DNA from: Candidatus Delongbacteria bacterium
Lineage (GTDB): Bacteria; CAIWAD01
Assembly: GCA_963663545.1 (NCBI GenBank)
Contig: OY760505.1
Coordinates: forward strand, 2,016,001-2,080,000
Direction: 5' to 3'
Length of the DNA stretch: 64,000 bases
In this document: piece by piece, positions 1-10,446 of the stretch
Layout of the letters: every line of letters begins with the position of its first letter
Position numbering within the stretch: the first letter of the stretch is position 1
Program-made: the position numbers and the translations under genes
Notes under the pieces: model-generated
What the model was told of the DNA's origin: nothing
The model's database searches: none
The model's input: the letters and a program-made list of their open reading frames with translations, nothing else

Positions 1-3000
1 GAAGAGTTCGTCGAACTCTACAACCCCACCAACTTCTCGGTGGATGTTAGCGGCTGGCACATCCAGTACAAGTCGCGTACGGGCACGGACTGGTCGGATA
101 AGACCATTTTTCCCGCTAACACAATCATGCCTGCGCACGGATTCCTGCTGTACGGCGGTAACGCTGTCACGCCCGAACCCGATTTCGTCTCAACCGCTAC
201 TCTCGGCCTGGGCAATAGCGGCGGCCACGTACGTATCACAAATGCCAGCTTGACCGACATCGATCGCATCGGCTGGAGTAGTGAGGCAGACAACCCTGAA
301 GGAACCGCCTTGGGCGCAACCGAGCGCGGTGGCAGCTTTGAGCGCAAAGCGTCCGAAACCAGTACCGAAGCCAGCATGAATCCCGGCGGCGCTGAGGAGC
401 TGGAGGGCAATGGCTGGGATAGCAACAACAACGCTTCGGACTTTGTGACACACAACAGCATCGCAAACGTGTATCCGCAGACTCTGAGCAGTGGATCCGA
501 GCCCGACGAGCCTCTTACCGATGGCAGTGGAACCGCCGTTTGCAGTGTCAGCCAGATTCAGGCTCCCGCAGCCGTAGACATGAGTGTTACGGTTACAGCC
601 GGTGAGCACACGCTGACCACCGTGTACCTTGAGCTGCCCGTGGACTGGACCTGGAGCAGTGCCACCATCGATGGGCAGGGCTTCACCGACGCCGTGTTGA
701 CCACAGACGGTCAGCAGCTGCAAGTAACCGCAGCTGGCGTGGAAGGCGCGGGCACTGGCATTTTCAACCTTGTTGGTGTATCACCGACCACGACCACGGG
801 CACCTATTCCTTGGTGGTCTACACGGCCGTTGAGGGTGGAACGCCTTCGCCCATTCAGAGCTCTCCGAGTATTGTTGTGCTGGGTGATCCCATCGACATC
901 GGTGATCTGCACGACAACGACAGCAGTGGTCTACCCCTGCTGATGGGCCAGACCATCGTCGTCGAGGGTATTGTCACCGTGGCCGACGAGTTCGGTATTA
1001 CGACCTACATGCAGGACGCCACAGGCGGTATCGTGTGCTACAGCTCCGATGTGGCCAATGGCTGCGCCATCGGTGATCGTATCACGGTCATGGGCACCGT
1101 TGCCCCCTATAGTGGCCTCTGCGAGCTGCAGCCTTCCAGCATTATTACCAACCACGGCCAGGCTCCTGAATTGGATCCCGAGGTTGTCACCTGCGCCGAT
1201 ATCGCCAACCAGGGCGCCGGCGGTGAGCCGTATGAGGGCATGCTGGTCCGCCTCAACAGCGTCACGGTCAATGGCTCGGGTAGCTGGGCCGGTAACACCA
1301 ATTATGACATCACCGATGGCACGGGATCGACCCAGATCCGCATCGACTCGGATACCGACCTGGTCGGCGCACCCATTCCGGCTGGTGCTTTTGACCTGAT
1401 TGCTGTGGTGAGCCAGTATGACTTCAGTGTGCCGCATTTCAGCGGATATCAGCTGATTCCGCGCTTCACCGACGACGTTGTGGAGAGCGCAGGCCCCGGT
1501 ATCACGGCGGGTCCCGCAGAGTGTGCATTGGCTCAGACCAGCGTCGACCTGTGTTGGTCCACACGCAACCCCGGCAGCAGTTTCTGCACCTGGGGCGGCG
1601 TGGATGGTGTCATTGACGATTCAATGTATGTGGACGAGTCTGTCAGCGAGCACACCTTCACGGTCAGCGGCCTGAGTGCGGGCGAGCCGTACTGGGCACG
1701 CGTCGGCAGTAGCGATGAATCCGGCACCAGCATCAGCCGCGAGTACTGGTTCAGCACGGTGTCACCCAGCACAAGTCCTCAGACCATTCAATCCTTCTTT
1801 ACGCAGAGTGTGGAAACCGACTTGGCGATGGAAGGCAACGAGGCCAACGGCAACCACAATATGGTAGGCGAGGTGGTGAGTCTGATCAACAGTGCTCAGT
1901 CCTCGCTGGACATGTGCATTTACAGTTTGAACATCTTCAGCGTTGCTCAGGCCGTTATTGACGCTCACGATCGTGGCGTGGCCGTGCGCTTTATCTACGA
2001 CGACGAGCACAGTCAGGGCGAAGTGGCCCAGATCGAGAATGCTGGTGTCACGGTCATCGATGACAGCTACGGCAGCAATGATGGTGATGGCCTGCAGCAC
2101 AACAAGTTCATCGTTGTGGACGGTGCCGCCGACGCTCCCGTAGCGACTTCGGCGGTTTGGACCGGCAGTCTGAATCTGATCGATGAGCCCACCAACTATG
2201 GTATCCACGCCAAGCAGAACGTGGTGCTCATTCGTGACCGCGCCCTGGCCCGCACCTATCGCCAGGAATTCAATGAGATGTGGGGCAGCGACAACCTGAC
2301 TCCCAACGCCACCAACAGTCGCTTTGGCGCCAACAAGACCAACAACACGGCCCACTATTTCAATGTTGGCGGCACCGCGCTGGAAGCCTGGTTCAGCCCC
2401 GGCGACCACGTTGCCCAGCGCATCATCAATCAGATTGACGAAGCGGATGAGTCGGTCTACTTCTGCATTCTCACCTTCACCAGCAATGATATCGGTTACG
2501 CCATGCGCGACGTGATACAGGCCGGTGGCGTTGTTCGCGGACTGTTTGATGACGAGGGCGACAGCTACAGTGAGTGGCAGCCGCTGATCAACTACGGCGC
2601 CGAAGTGCTGCTGGATGTGGGTAGCGGCATTCTGCATCACAAGTACATGCTGATTGATGCTGAAAGCTGGGACAGCAACCCCACTGTGGTAACCGGCTCG
2701 TACAACTGGTCCAGCAGCGCCGAGAATAGCAACAATGAGAATATCGTGGTGATCCATAATCGCGAGATCGCAAACCAGTACATGCAGGAGTTTGCCTACC
2801 AGTATCACGCGGCAGGTGGCGAGGCTGAGTTTGTCGATGTGGCGGAGCCCGTAGTTGCCCCGACCAGTGCGAAGATCACCGCTGTGTATCCGAACCCCTT
2901 CAATCCCGGAACGCACATCGCATACGAACTGCCTTATCAGCAGGACGTGAAGATTGCGGTGTACAACCTGGCCGGTCAGCTGGTTCGCACTCTGCAGAAC

Positions 3001-3126
3001 GGCGAAATGACCGCCGGTTCGCACGAGGCCTGGTTTGATGGCAGCGCCTTGGCAAGTGGCGTGTACATGGTTCGTCTGGAAACAGCCCAGACCACCAGCA
3101 CGACCAAAATGGTGCTGTTGAAGTAA
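1..3126 (+). CDS. Secreted multidomain protein (5' truncated): lamin-tail domain, OB-fold-like repeats, Fn3-like domain, two PLD/Nuc HKD motifs, T9SS-type-A-like C-terminal domain
   Basis: Frame is open from base 1 (EEFVELYNPT, an LTD motif). HxKxxxxD motifs QHNKFIVVD and HHKYMLID, plus TGSYNWS. Ends VYPNPFNP...ASGVYMVRL...KMVLLK. Confidence 0.85.
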   Translation, partial: EEFVELYNPTNFSVDVSGWHIQYKSRTGTDWSDKTIFPANTIMPAHGFLLYGGNAVTPEPDFVSTATLGLGNSGGHVRITNASLTDIDRIGWSSEADNPEGTALGATERGGSFERKASETSTEASMNPGGAEELEGNGWDSNNNASDFVTHNSIANVYPQTLSSGSEPDEPLTDGSGTAVCSVSQIQAPAAVDMSVTVTAGEHTLTTVYLELPVDWTWSSATIDGQGFTDAVLTTDGQQLQVTAAGVEGAGTGIFNLVGVSPTTTTGTYSLVVYTAVEGGTPSPIQSSPSIVVLGDPIDIGDLHDNDSSGLPLLMGQTIVVEGIVTVADEFGITTYMQDATGGIVCYSSDVANGCAIGDRITVMGTVAPYSGLCELQPSSIITNHGQAPELDPEVVTCADIANQGAGGEPYEGMLVRLNSVTVNGSGSWAGNTNYDITDGTGSTQIRIDSDTDLVGAPIPAGAFDLIAVVSQYDFSVPHFSGYQLIPRFTDDVVESAGPGITAGPAECALAQTSVDLCWSTRNPGSSFCTWGGVDGVIDDSMYVDESVSEHTFTVSGLSAGEPYWARVGSSDESGTSISREYWFSTVSPSTSPQTIQSFFTQSVETDLAMEGNEANGNHNMVGEVVSLINSAQSSLDMCIYSLNIFSVAQAVIDAHDRGVAVRFIYDDEHSQGEVAQIENAGVTVIDDSYGSNDGDGLQHNKFIVVDGAADAPVATSAVWTGSLNLIDEPTNYGIHAKQNVVLIRDRALARTYRQEFNEMWGSDNLTPNATNSRFGANKTNNTAHYFNVGGTALEAWFSPGDHVAQRIINQIDEADESVYFCILTFTSNDIGYAMRDVIQAGGVVRGLFDDEGDSYSEWQPLINYGAEVLLDVGSGILHHKYMLIDAESWDSNPTVVTGSYNWSSSAENSNNENIVVIHNREIANQYMQEFAYQYHAAGGEAEFVDVAEPVVAPTSAKITAVYPNPFNPGTHIAYELPYQQDVKIAVYNLAGQLVRTLQNGEMTAGSHEAWFDGSALASGVYMVRLETAQTTSTTKMVLLK

Positions 3127-3142
3127 AAGGCTGCAAAGCTAC

Positions 3143-3180
3143 AAGCGGCGTTTCCTGCGGGAGACGCCGCTTTTCTTTTC
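3143..3180 (+). terminator. Rho-independent terminator
   Basis: AAGCGGCGTTTCC-tgcg-GGAGACGCCGCTT hairpin followed by TTCTTTTC, just after the stop at 3126. Confidence 0.85.
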
Positions 3181-3279
3181 AGAAGCCAGCCCTCTCTTTT
3201 CCTGATTGCCGCAAGTATTGTACTCTTGTGGCTCGGTTCACTACCGGTAAATCGCGCATGAAGCAGAGGATGTCGCAGG

Positions 3280-4056
3280 ATGAAATACTTGATCACAGGA
3301 GCAGGTGGAACGGTGGGTCGCGCCCTGACGGCCTGTTTGCATGATCGTGGTCATGTAACCATTGCCTGGGACAAACAACACGTTCCCGTGAATCACTACA
3401 TGGCCATGGAGCATTTTGTACGTGATACAGCTCCCGACGGCCTGTTTCATCTGGCGGTTGCCAGCAGCAGCACGGGTATGGAGAACGAGAGCTGGGAAGT
3501 GAACGTACACTGGGCAAGCGAGTTGGCCTGGATCACACGCAAGTTTCAGATTCCCATGCTTTTTGCCAGCTCCGTTACTGTGTTCAGCGACCAGACGCAG
3601 GGGCCCTTCGATTTGGATCGATTGCCGGACGCTGTCGATGGCTACGGCTTTGAAAAGCGCAAGGCGGAGGATCTGGTGTTGAATCAGAATCCTGCGGCGT
3701 GTGTGGCACGCTTGGGCTGGCAGATTGGTGAGGATTTTCACGGCAACCAGATGCTGGCTTGGCTGGAGCAGGAGTACATCGAAAAGAATGTGATACGCGC
3801 GAGCAGAAACTGGCTGCCAGCGTGCTCTTTTCTGCGTGATACGGCAGGCGCTCTCGTGGACCTTATCAGCGGTTCTGTCGGCGTGCACCACGTGGACGCC
3901 AATCCAGGTTGGGATTTTCATCGCATCGCGCAAGCGCTGAAAAAGCTGCACAAGCGCGAATGGGTGATCGAGGAGTGTGAGCTACCCATGCAGAACCAGT
4001 GCATGATGGACGCACGCATTCACCTTCCCAGTATTGCAGAACGACTGGGTGCGTAG
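3280..4056 (+). CDS. RmlD-like NAD(P)-dependent sugar-nucleotide reductase/epimerase (extended SDR)
   Basis: N-terminal ITGAGGTVG Rossmann motif, YGFEK (YxxxK), upstream GCAGGA. Confidence 0.75.
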   Translation: MKYLITGAGGTVGRALTACLHDRGHVTIAWDKQHVPVNHYMAMEHFVRDTAPDGLFHLAVASSSTGMENESWEVNVHWASELAWITRKFQIPMLFASSVTVFSDQTQGPFDLDRLPDAVDGYGFEKRKAEDLVLNQNPAACVARLGWQIGEDFHGNQMLAWLEQEYIEKNVIRASRNWLPACSFLRDTAGALVDLISGSVGVHHVDANPGWDFHRIAQALKKLHKREWVIEECELPMQNQCMMDARIHLPSIAERLGA

Positions 4057-4096
4057 AATTGTTTTGTGCTGGTGCGTAGCGCCGGCGCAACAGGGT

Positions 4097-4120
4097 GCGG
4101 GTGGTCTTCGGGCCACCCGC
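4097..4120. terminator. Hairpin between convergent genes (probable terminator)
   Basis: GCGGGTGGTC-TTCG-GGCCACCCGC stem with a cUUCGg tetraloop between stops at 4056 (+) and 4123 (-). Confidence 0.6.
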
Positions 4121-4122
4121 GT

Positions 4123-5601
4123 TTAGTATCCGGGTACCTCGCTCAGCTGGCAGTTATCACAGATGCCGCAATTCTGCTTCTCAAGAAAGCCGAAATAGGC
4201 GTGTATCACACGACGACGGCATTCCTCGCTATTGGCGTACGCTACCATCTGTTGCAGGCGGATCAGGTCTCGCTGACGTTTCTCTGCACGCAGTTCCGTG
4301 TCACACAAGTTGTCGGGAAGATCACCGATGACGCTCAGGTTGTGGGTTTCCAGGCTTCCTTGTGTTACACCAAAACGATCCAGCAGGGAAAGGGCGGTAT
4401 CCAGGCGGGGATCGCGCTTTCCTTTCCAGATCAGGCGTTCGGCAAAGAAGGCTTCGCCCCCGGAGTTAGCCTCGGCGGGATGGTCATGCAGCAGGCTCGT
4501 TATCGTTTGCAGGTAGTCCACGGGCGGGTTTGCCCATTCGGTGAAGTCCATCTGAATCAACAGGTCTTCCTGCGCGTAGAGCAGCTCACAACGAGCGGGT
4601 TTGCCGTCACGACCGGCGCGGCCGATTTCCTGTGCATAGGATTCGAGTGAGCCGGGTAGTTCGGCATGGACGATCAGGCCAATGTCTTCCTTATCGATGC
4701 CCAGACCAAAGGCGTTGGTCGCCAGCACAACTCGCTGACGCCCGCTCATGAATTCCTCTTGAATGCGACGGCGCGGTTTTGGTTCGAGCTTGCCGTGATA
4801 CATAGCGTGTGACACACCGGCCTTGCTCAGCATGCGGCTGAAATGTTCGAGTGTGCGAATCAGACTGAAATAGACGATGCTGGATCCCCGCGCCTTCTTC
4901 AACAGCGCTAGAATGTGTTCCAGCTTGTCTTTATCGTCGTAGACCTGGTCCACGCTGCAGGCGAGATTCGGCCGTTCGACACCTCCGTGAAAGAGTCGCA
5001 TTTCTCCAGCCAGGCCAAGTTGCAGAGCAATATCCTGCTGCACTTCCTGTGTGGCCGTCGCCGTCAAGGCCTGTGTCACGGGGTTACCCAGCAAGGCGCG
5101 AATCTCGCCCAGTCGAGTGTAATCGGGGCGGAAGTCGTGACCCCATTCCGAAACGCAATGCGCCTCGTCCACGGCCAGCATGCTGATCTTGCGCGAGGAC
5201 AGGGCGTCCAGGAACTCCTGCTTGCGAAAGCGCTCCGGCGTGACATAAAGCAAGCGCCCACGTCCTTCACGCAAGCGTCGATAGCGATTTTCGCGCTCGG
5301 CTCGCGCAAGACTGCTGTTAATGAATAGCGCGTCGACGCCCAGCGATTGCAGACGATCCACCTGATCCTTCATCAGCGCGATCAGCGGTGATACAACCAC
5401 CGTCAGTCCGTCGAGAAGCAACGCAGGGATTTGAAAGCAGACGCTCTTGCCCATGCCCGTCGGCATCAGCACCAGACTATGGGCACCCTGCAGAGTGTGC
5501 TCGATGACGGCTTCTTGCAGACCGCGGAATTTCTGATGACCGAAAACTCGTAGCAGCTCGTGGCGTGCTTGATCAATGTCGGGAGGAGTTGAAGATGTCA
5601 C
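4123..5601 (-). CDS. recQ: RecQ-family ATP-dependent DNA helicase (short form without HRDC)
   Basis: MPTGMGKS, VDEAHCVSEWGHDFRPDY, ALTATAT, QEIGRAGRDG and the C-terminal Zn site CRR...CGICDNC. Confidence 0.9.
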   Translation of the reverse strand: MTSSTPPDIDQARHELLRVFGHQKFRGLQEAVIEHTLQGAHSLVLMPTGMGKSVCFQIPALLLDGLTVVVSPLIALMKDQVDRLQSLGVDALFINSSLARAERENRYRRLREGRGRLLYVTPERFRKQEFLDALSSRKISMLAVDEAHCVSEWGHDFRPDYTRLGEIRALLGNPVTQALTATATQEVQQDIALQLGLAGEMRLFHGGVERPNLACSVDQVYDDKDKLEHILALLKKARGSSIVYFSLIRTLEHFSRMLSKAGVSHAMYHGKLEPKPRRRIQEEFMSGRQRVVLATNAFGLGIDKEDIGLIVHAELPGSLESYAQEIGRAGRDGKPARCELLYAQEDLLIQMDFTEWANPPVDYLQTITSLLHDHPAEANSGGEAFFAERLIWKGKRDPRLDTALSLLDRFGVTQGSLETHNLSVIGDLPDNLCDTELRAEKRQRDLIRLQQMVAYANSEECRRRVIHAYFGFLEKQNCGICDNCQLSEVPGY

Positions 5602-5604
5602 TCG

Positions 5605-5778
5605 CTACAAATCGCTCTTTTTGGGCTGGTCGCGGTCTTGCAGAAACAGCGACTGCAGCCGCTCCAAACGTAATTCCTGATCCAGGGTGGCCTGTTCGAG
5701 CTGTTGCATTGTCCGTTCCATGTGCGCGAGTTTTTCCTCAATGCGCTGGATGTGACTGGAGTCGATGTGCTCACTCAT
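5605..5778 (-). CDS. slyX: SlyX-family small coiled-coil protein
   Basis: RIEEKLAHMERTMQQLEQATLDQELRLERL resembles the SlyX pattern. Start placed at MSEHID. Confidence 0.6.
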   Translation of the reverse strand: MSEHIDSSHIQRIEEKLAHMERTMQQLEQATLDQELRLERLQSLFLQDRDQPKKSDL

Positions 5779-5861
5779 CTGATCCCCCTGTCGGTTTTGT
5801 TGGTTGGCGCCCAAGTATCGTCAACTTAGGGTACAAGCGCCAGCGAGAGTGCAATGAGAAC

Positions 5862-6671
5862 TCAGTCGACAGACACATCAAGATGCAGTCCCGCATGACG
5901 CCGCATGTTGATCACGCCGGTGTCTAGAATCAAATACTGACCCTTGATACCCAGCAGTCGGCCGCGGATTTCTGGTGTTTTTTCAAGCGACAGGCTTTTC
6001 ACTTTGGCGGGCCACTGCATCACCGGCCAATGGAACCTGTGTTCCACAAACTCAAGCACCTGTGCGCCGTGGTCTTCGTGTAGCACGGCCAGAAGCTTTT
6101 CGCGCTCGAGGGCCAGATCCACGTCGGCCAACTCGCCTTTGAGCATGCGCTGCCAGGCGGTGCGATCGCTGAAGTGTTCGGCGGCAATGCGTTCCAGCAG
6201 ACCAACGTTAAAACGATCCTGAACTTGTAACACGGCGGTCGCGCGAGCTGCCCCCTGATCCAGCCAACGCGTAGGTACATTGGCCAGCCGCGTGATCCCC
6301 ACCTTGACACCGGCGGTCAGCGCCAGATAGAGAATGTGTGGCTTGAAGCAGTTGTCGCGCCCCCACTGTGGATCACGGCAGGGATTCGTCTGCTCGTGGA
6401 AGTGACACAACTCAGGTTTGAGAATGCAGATATCGTTCTGAGGAAGTGTGCTGAAGCAGGTCCAGCAACAGCCTTCGCCGTAGGTCTTGCGCAGCGGCTC
6501 GTGGCAATGTACGCAGTGAATCTCGCCATTGTGAACCAGGTGTAGCGATCGCTCCAGTGCAGAGTTCAGTTCGAGCGGTTGCCGATTTCCGTCGGCACTG
6601 CCGGGCAGCAACGCCCGAACTGTGTCGGCCTGCTCAAGAGTCAGTTTGCGAAGAGTACCGGACCATTCCAT
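5862..6671 (-). CDS. DUF2797-family protein
   Basis: CxxC pairs, C-ILKPELCHFH...CRDPQWG, VKVGITR, PTRWLDQGA and GIKGQYLI motifs. AGGA SD upstream. Confidence 0.85.
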   Translation of the reverse strand: MEWSGTLRKLTLEQADTVRALLPGSADGNRQPLELNSALERSLHLVHNGEIHCVHCHEPLRKTYGEGCCWTCFSTLPQNDICILKPELCHFHEQTNPCRDPQWGRDNCFKPHILYLALTAGVKVGITRLANVPTRWLDQGAARATAVLQVQDRFNVGLLERIAAEHFSDRTAWQRMLKGELADVDLALEREKLLAVLHEDHGAQVLEFVEHRFHWPVMQWPAKVKSLSLEKTPEIRGRLLGIKGQYLILDTGVINMRRHAGLHLDVSVD

Positions 6672-6760
6672 GAAATCCTCCTGCGTGCAAGATAGCGAAG
6701 CAGCGGAGGAGCACCGGGCGGGTCTGCGAGCCGCGGAAGCTTTGGAATGCTACATTCACG

Positions 6761-6897
6761 ACAATTCTCGGGGATGGGTGCAATTCCCTGCCGGCGGTAA
6801 TGGCTCTTTAGGAGCACAAGTCCGCGAGTCGATCACAGATCGACGGGAAGCCGTGAGATTCGGCTGCCGACGGTTAGAGTCCGGATGGGAGAGAAGA
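6761..6897 (+). ncRNA. FMN riboswitch (RFN element)
   Basis: Conserved blocks GGGGATGGGTGCAATTCCCTGCCGGCGGT ... AAGTCCGCGAG ... GTGAGATTC ... GCCGACGGTTAGAGTCCGGATGGGAGA directly upstream of the rib operon. Confidence 0.95.
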
Positions 6898-6958
6898 CAG
6901 CCTGAAAACCTGGTTGCCACTTGGCCCGCAGTCCATCCCCGTTACATTTGGAGAATAA

Positions 6959-8053
6959 ATGGTGTCACAACTCCTGCAGGAGTTTGAGCTATTGGCCATG
7001 GACCGCTGCCTGGAGCTGGCAGCCAGAGGACGCGGCGAGGTCGAGCCGAATCCGCTTGTAGGCGCAGTGCTTTTGCGCGATGAAGAAATTCGCGCAGAAG
7101 GCTGGCATCAGCACTTCGGCTGCGAGCACGCCGAGGTCAACTGCCTTTCGGGGCGCTCTGACGAACTGGTTCGCGGCGCGACGCTTGTGGTCAACCTGGA
7201 GCCTTGTTCGCATCACGGCAAAACGCCGCCCTGTGCGGATCTGCTGATCCAGCGTGGCATTGCTCGTGTTATTGTTGGCATGCAGGACCCGAATCCACTA
7301 GTGGCTGGGCAAGGTCTGACACGGCTGCAAGAGGCTGGCATTGAGGTCCTTTGCGGTGTTCGCGAGCAGGAGTGTCGACGGTTGAACCGCAACTTCATCA
7401 CGGCTCAGCTAGAAGGTCGCCCCCGTGTTACGCTGAAATGGGCACAGAGCCTGGACGGGCGTGTGTCACGATCCAGAACGGAGCCTACCTCCATTAGCTG
7501 CGAGGCCAGTAACAGAGCCGTGCATCAGTTGCGCACTGAGCATCCAGCGATTCTGGTTGGGCTTCGAACAGTGCGCGTGGACAACCCGCTGCTGAATGTG
7601 CGCCATGTTGAAGGCCCTACTCCTACTCCCTGTGTACTGGACCCTTTGCTGCGGATTCCTTTAATGAGCAGTCTGGTTGCATCAGCATACAATCAAGGTT
7701 TGTTCGTGTATCACAGCTCCCCGCAGAAGACGGCGCGTCTGAATGCGTTGCGCGAGCGGCATGTGATCTGTATCGAAACGCCGTGTGTGGACGGGCAGCT
7801 GGATCTGGCCTTTGTGTTGCGGGACTTGCTCTTGCACGGTCGCAATGGGCTGCTGGTCGAGGGCGGACCTTACACGCACAATCGCTTTCTGGAAGCCGGA
7901 CTCGTTGACGAGGTGGTCTGTATCACATCGCCACAGGTGTTTGGCACCGGTCCTCGCGCATTGGATCGTGTAAACGCTGCTTCGGAGATGAAGCTCTTGG
8001 ATGTGACACAAGTCGGCGAGGACTGCTGGATGAGACTGGAGCCGAAGGAGTAG
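6959..8053 (+). CDS. ribD: Bifunctional riboflavin-pathway deaminase/reductase
   Basis: PNPLVGAV, HAEVN, LEPCSHHGKTPPC, KWAQSLDG, LLVEGG. Confidence 0.96.
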   Translation: MVSQLLQEFELLAMDRCLELAARGRGEVEPNPLVGAVLLRDEEIRAEGWHQHFGCEHAEVNCLSGRSDELVRGATLVVNLEPCSHHGKTPPCADLLIQRGIARVIVGMQDPNPLVAGQGLTRLQEAGIEVLCGVREQECRRLNRNFITAQLEGRPRVTLKWAQSLDGRVSRSRTEPTSISCEASNRAVHQLRTEHPAILVGLRTVRVDNPLLNVRHVEGPTPTPCVLDPLLRIPLMSSLVASAYNQGLFVYHSSPQKTARLNALRERHVICIETPCVDGQLDLAFVLRDLLLHGRNGLLVEGGPYTHNRFLEAGLVDEVVCITSPQVFGTGPRALDRVNAASEMKLLDVTQVGEDCWMRLEPKE

Positions 8054-8054
8054 C

Positions 8055-8717
8055 ATGTTCACTGGAATCGTTGAGGAACAAGGCCGTGTGCTTGATGTGA
8101 GACAGCAGGGCCAGGGGCGCATCTTCCGGTTTTCGGCCAGCCGCATTCTTGACGACCTGAAGGCTGAAGATAGCGTCGCTGTCAACGGTGTGTGTCTCAC
8201 GGCAACCAAAGCCGGTGAAGGTTTTCAGGCGACGGCGGTAGGTGAAACCCTGTCCAAGACCACGCTGGCCTCGTTGCGCGTCGGACAAACGGTCAACCTG
8301 GAACGAGCCATGTTGCCCTCAACACGCATGGGTGGCCACATCGTTCAGGGGCACGTAGATTGTGTCGGACGTATCACGGGCATTCATGATGCAGATCCCG
8401 GTGTTCAGCTGGAAGTGGAGTTTGATCGCACTTTCCTGCGCTACGTAGCACGCACGGGTTCGGTGTGCGTAAGCGGCGTCAGCCTGACTGTTGCGCGAGA
8501 GGCGGAAGACCTGGGGGCAAGGGGGCGTTTTCGTGTTGCTCTTGTACCCTGGACGTTGGAACACACGACTCTCGGCGACGTGCGAACAGGTGATACCGTC
8601 AACCTCGAATTTGACTGCCTGGCGAAGTACGTCGAGCAGTTGTTGCAATACAGGGGGGAAGCCACCCCCGGCAGCGGCGGGTTAAGTGCCGAGCGGCTGC
8701 GTGAACTAGGTTTCTGA
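8055..8717 (+). CDS. ribE: Riboflavin synthase (alpha chain; ribC in E. coli nomenclature)
   Basis: MFTGIVEE N-terminus, [24 protein letters not shown]. Confidence 0.96.
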   Translation: MFTGIVEEQGRVLDVRQQGQGRIFRFSASRILDDLKAEDSVAVNGVCLTATKAGEGFQATAVGETLSKTTLASLRVGQTVNLERAMLPSTRMGGHIVQGHVDCVGRITGIHDADPGVQLEVEFDRTFLRYVARTGSVCVSGVSLTVAREAEDLGARGRFRVALVPWTLEHTTLGDVRTGDTVNLEFDCLAKYVEQLLQYRGEATPGSGGLSAERLRELGF

Positions 8718-8727
8718 AGGAACGAAC

Positions 8728-9942
8728 ATGTGTAAGTCAGAACAACTCTTCGATACAATCGACGATGCGCTACAGGCCATTGCCCAAGGCGAGATCATCA
8801 TTGTCGTAGATGATGCGGATCGCGAGAACGAGGGCGATTTCATCATGGCCGCCGATCTGGTCACGCCCGAGAAGATCAATTTCATGGCGAAGTATGGTCG
8901 CGGCATGATTTGCGTTCCGCTAACGCGTGAGCGCTGCCGTGAGCTGGATCTGGATCTGATGGTGCGCAACAACACAGCCCGCCTGAGCACGGCCTTCACC
9001 GTCAGTGTGGATGTGCTGGAAGGAACGACAACGGGCATCAGCGCTGCCGATCGTGCGCTAACGGTGCAGGCCTTGGTGAATCCGGAGACCAAGCCGGAAG
9101 AGCTTGGGCGCCCCGGACATATCCATCCGCTTATTGCGCAAAGGGGCGGCGTGTTACAAAGGACGGGCCATACCGAGGCGGCTGTGGACCTGGCGCAATT
9201 GGCCGGACGTGCACCAGCAGGCCTGCTGTGCGAGATCATGAACGATGACGGCACCATGGCACGGGTTCCGGATCTGATCAAGGTGCGCGACGAGTTCGGC
9301 CTGAAGATGATCACTATCGAAGAGCTGGTGAACTGGCGCAACACGCGTGAGACGCAGGTTACGCGACGTGTCACGGTCAACATGCCGACGGCCTTTGGTG
9401 ACTTCAAACTGACCCACTTCTACTCTCCGGTAGACAAGCGCGATCATCTGGCCTTGGTCTATGGCGATTTGAGTGGTGACGAGCCGGTGCTGGTACGCGT
9501 ACACAGCGAATGTCTCACGGGTGACGCCTTGCACAGTCTGCGCTGCGATTGTGGTCAGCAGCTGGAAGAGGCAATGCAGTTGGTCGTGGAAGAAGGCCGT
9601 GGTGTGATCCTTTACATGCGACAGGAAGGTCGTGGCATCGGGCTCGCCAACAAGCTGAAGGCCTACGAGTTGCAGGATCACGGAGCGGATACGGTTGAGG
9701 CCAATGAGCGACTGGGATTTCCCGCTGATCTGCGTAACTATGGCATTGGCGCGCAAATCTTGCGGGAGCTGGGGGTCGAGCGCATTCGCCTGCTGACAAA
9801 CAACCCGCGCAAACTCGTGGGCCTCAAGGGCTTTGGCCTGGAGGTGGTTGAGCGCGTACCGCTGGAGTTGCCGGCAAACCCGAACAACGAGCGCTACCTG
9901 CGCACGAAGAGGGCCAAGCTTGGACATATGCTGAATCTATAG
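8728..9942 (+). CDS. ribBA: Bifunctional DHBP synthase / GTP cyclohydrolase II
   Basis: [51 protein letters not shown]. Confidence 0.97.
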   Translation: MCKSEQLFDTIDDALQAIAQGEIIIVVDDADRENEGDFIMAADLVTPEKINFMAKYGRGMICVPLTRERCRELDLDLMVRNNTARLSTAFTVSVDVLEGTTTGISAADRALTVQALVNPETKPEELGRPGHIHPLIAQRGGVLQRTGHTEAAVDLAQLAGRAPAGLLCEIMNDDGTMARVPDLIKVRDEFGLKMITIEELVNWRNTRETQVTRRVTVNMPTAFGDFKLTHFYSPVDKRDHLALVYGDLSGDEPVLVRVHSECLTGDALHSLRCDCGQQLEEAMQLVVEEGRGVILYMRQEGRGIGLANKLKAYELQDHGADTVEANERLGFPADLRNYGIGAQILRELGVERIRLLTNNPRKLVGLKGFGLEVVERVPLELPANPNNERYLRTKRAKLGHMLNL

Positions 9943-9963
9943 CTGATACCGAAAGGGATCGTC

Positions 9964-10425
9964 ATGAAAGAGATCAACGGTCAACTGAACGCTGCGGACA
10001 AACGCTTCACCATTGTGTTGGCGCGCTTCAATGACTTCATCGGACAAAAACTGCTCGATGGTGCTGTGGATTGTATCACGCGGCATGGTGGCAGCACAGA
10101 GAACATAACCGTAGTGCGGGTTCCTGGTGCGTTTGAGATTCCGCTTGCTGCTGCCAAGGTCGCCGCGGGTGGGAATGTGGACGCGATCATTTGTCTTGGT
10201 GCGGTGATACGCGGAGCTACGCCGCATTTCGATTATGTTGCAGCAGAGTCGAGTAAAGGTGTGGCCCACGTTATGCTGCAGTACAGCCTGCCGCTGTCTT
10301 ATGGTATTCTTACTACTGACACGATCGAACAGGCAGTGGAACGCGCCGGAACCAAGGCTGGCAACAAGGGCTGGGATGCCGCTCTGGGTGCCATTGAAAT
10401 GGCCGACCTTTTCACCCGAATCTAA
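9964..10425 (+). CDS. ribH: 6,7-dimethyl-8-ribityllumazine synthase
   Basis: [37 protein letters not shown]. Confidence 0.97.
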   Translation: MKEINGQLNAADKRFTIVLARFNDFIGQKLLDGAVDCITRHGGSTENITVVRVPGAFEIPLAAAKVAAGGNVDAIICLGAVIRGATPHFDYVAAESSKGVAHVMLQYSLPLSYGILTTDTIEQAVERAGTKAGNKGWDAALGAIEMADLFTRI

Positions 10426-10446
10426 TCCAGGAATCGAGGGGATATC

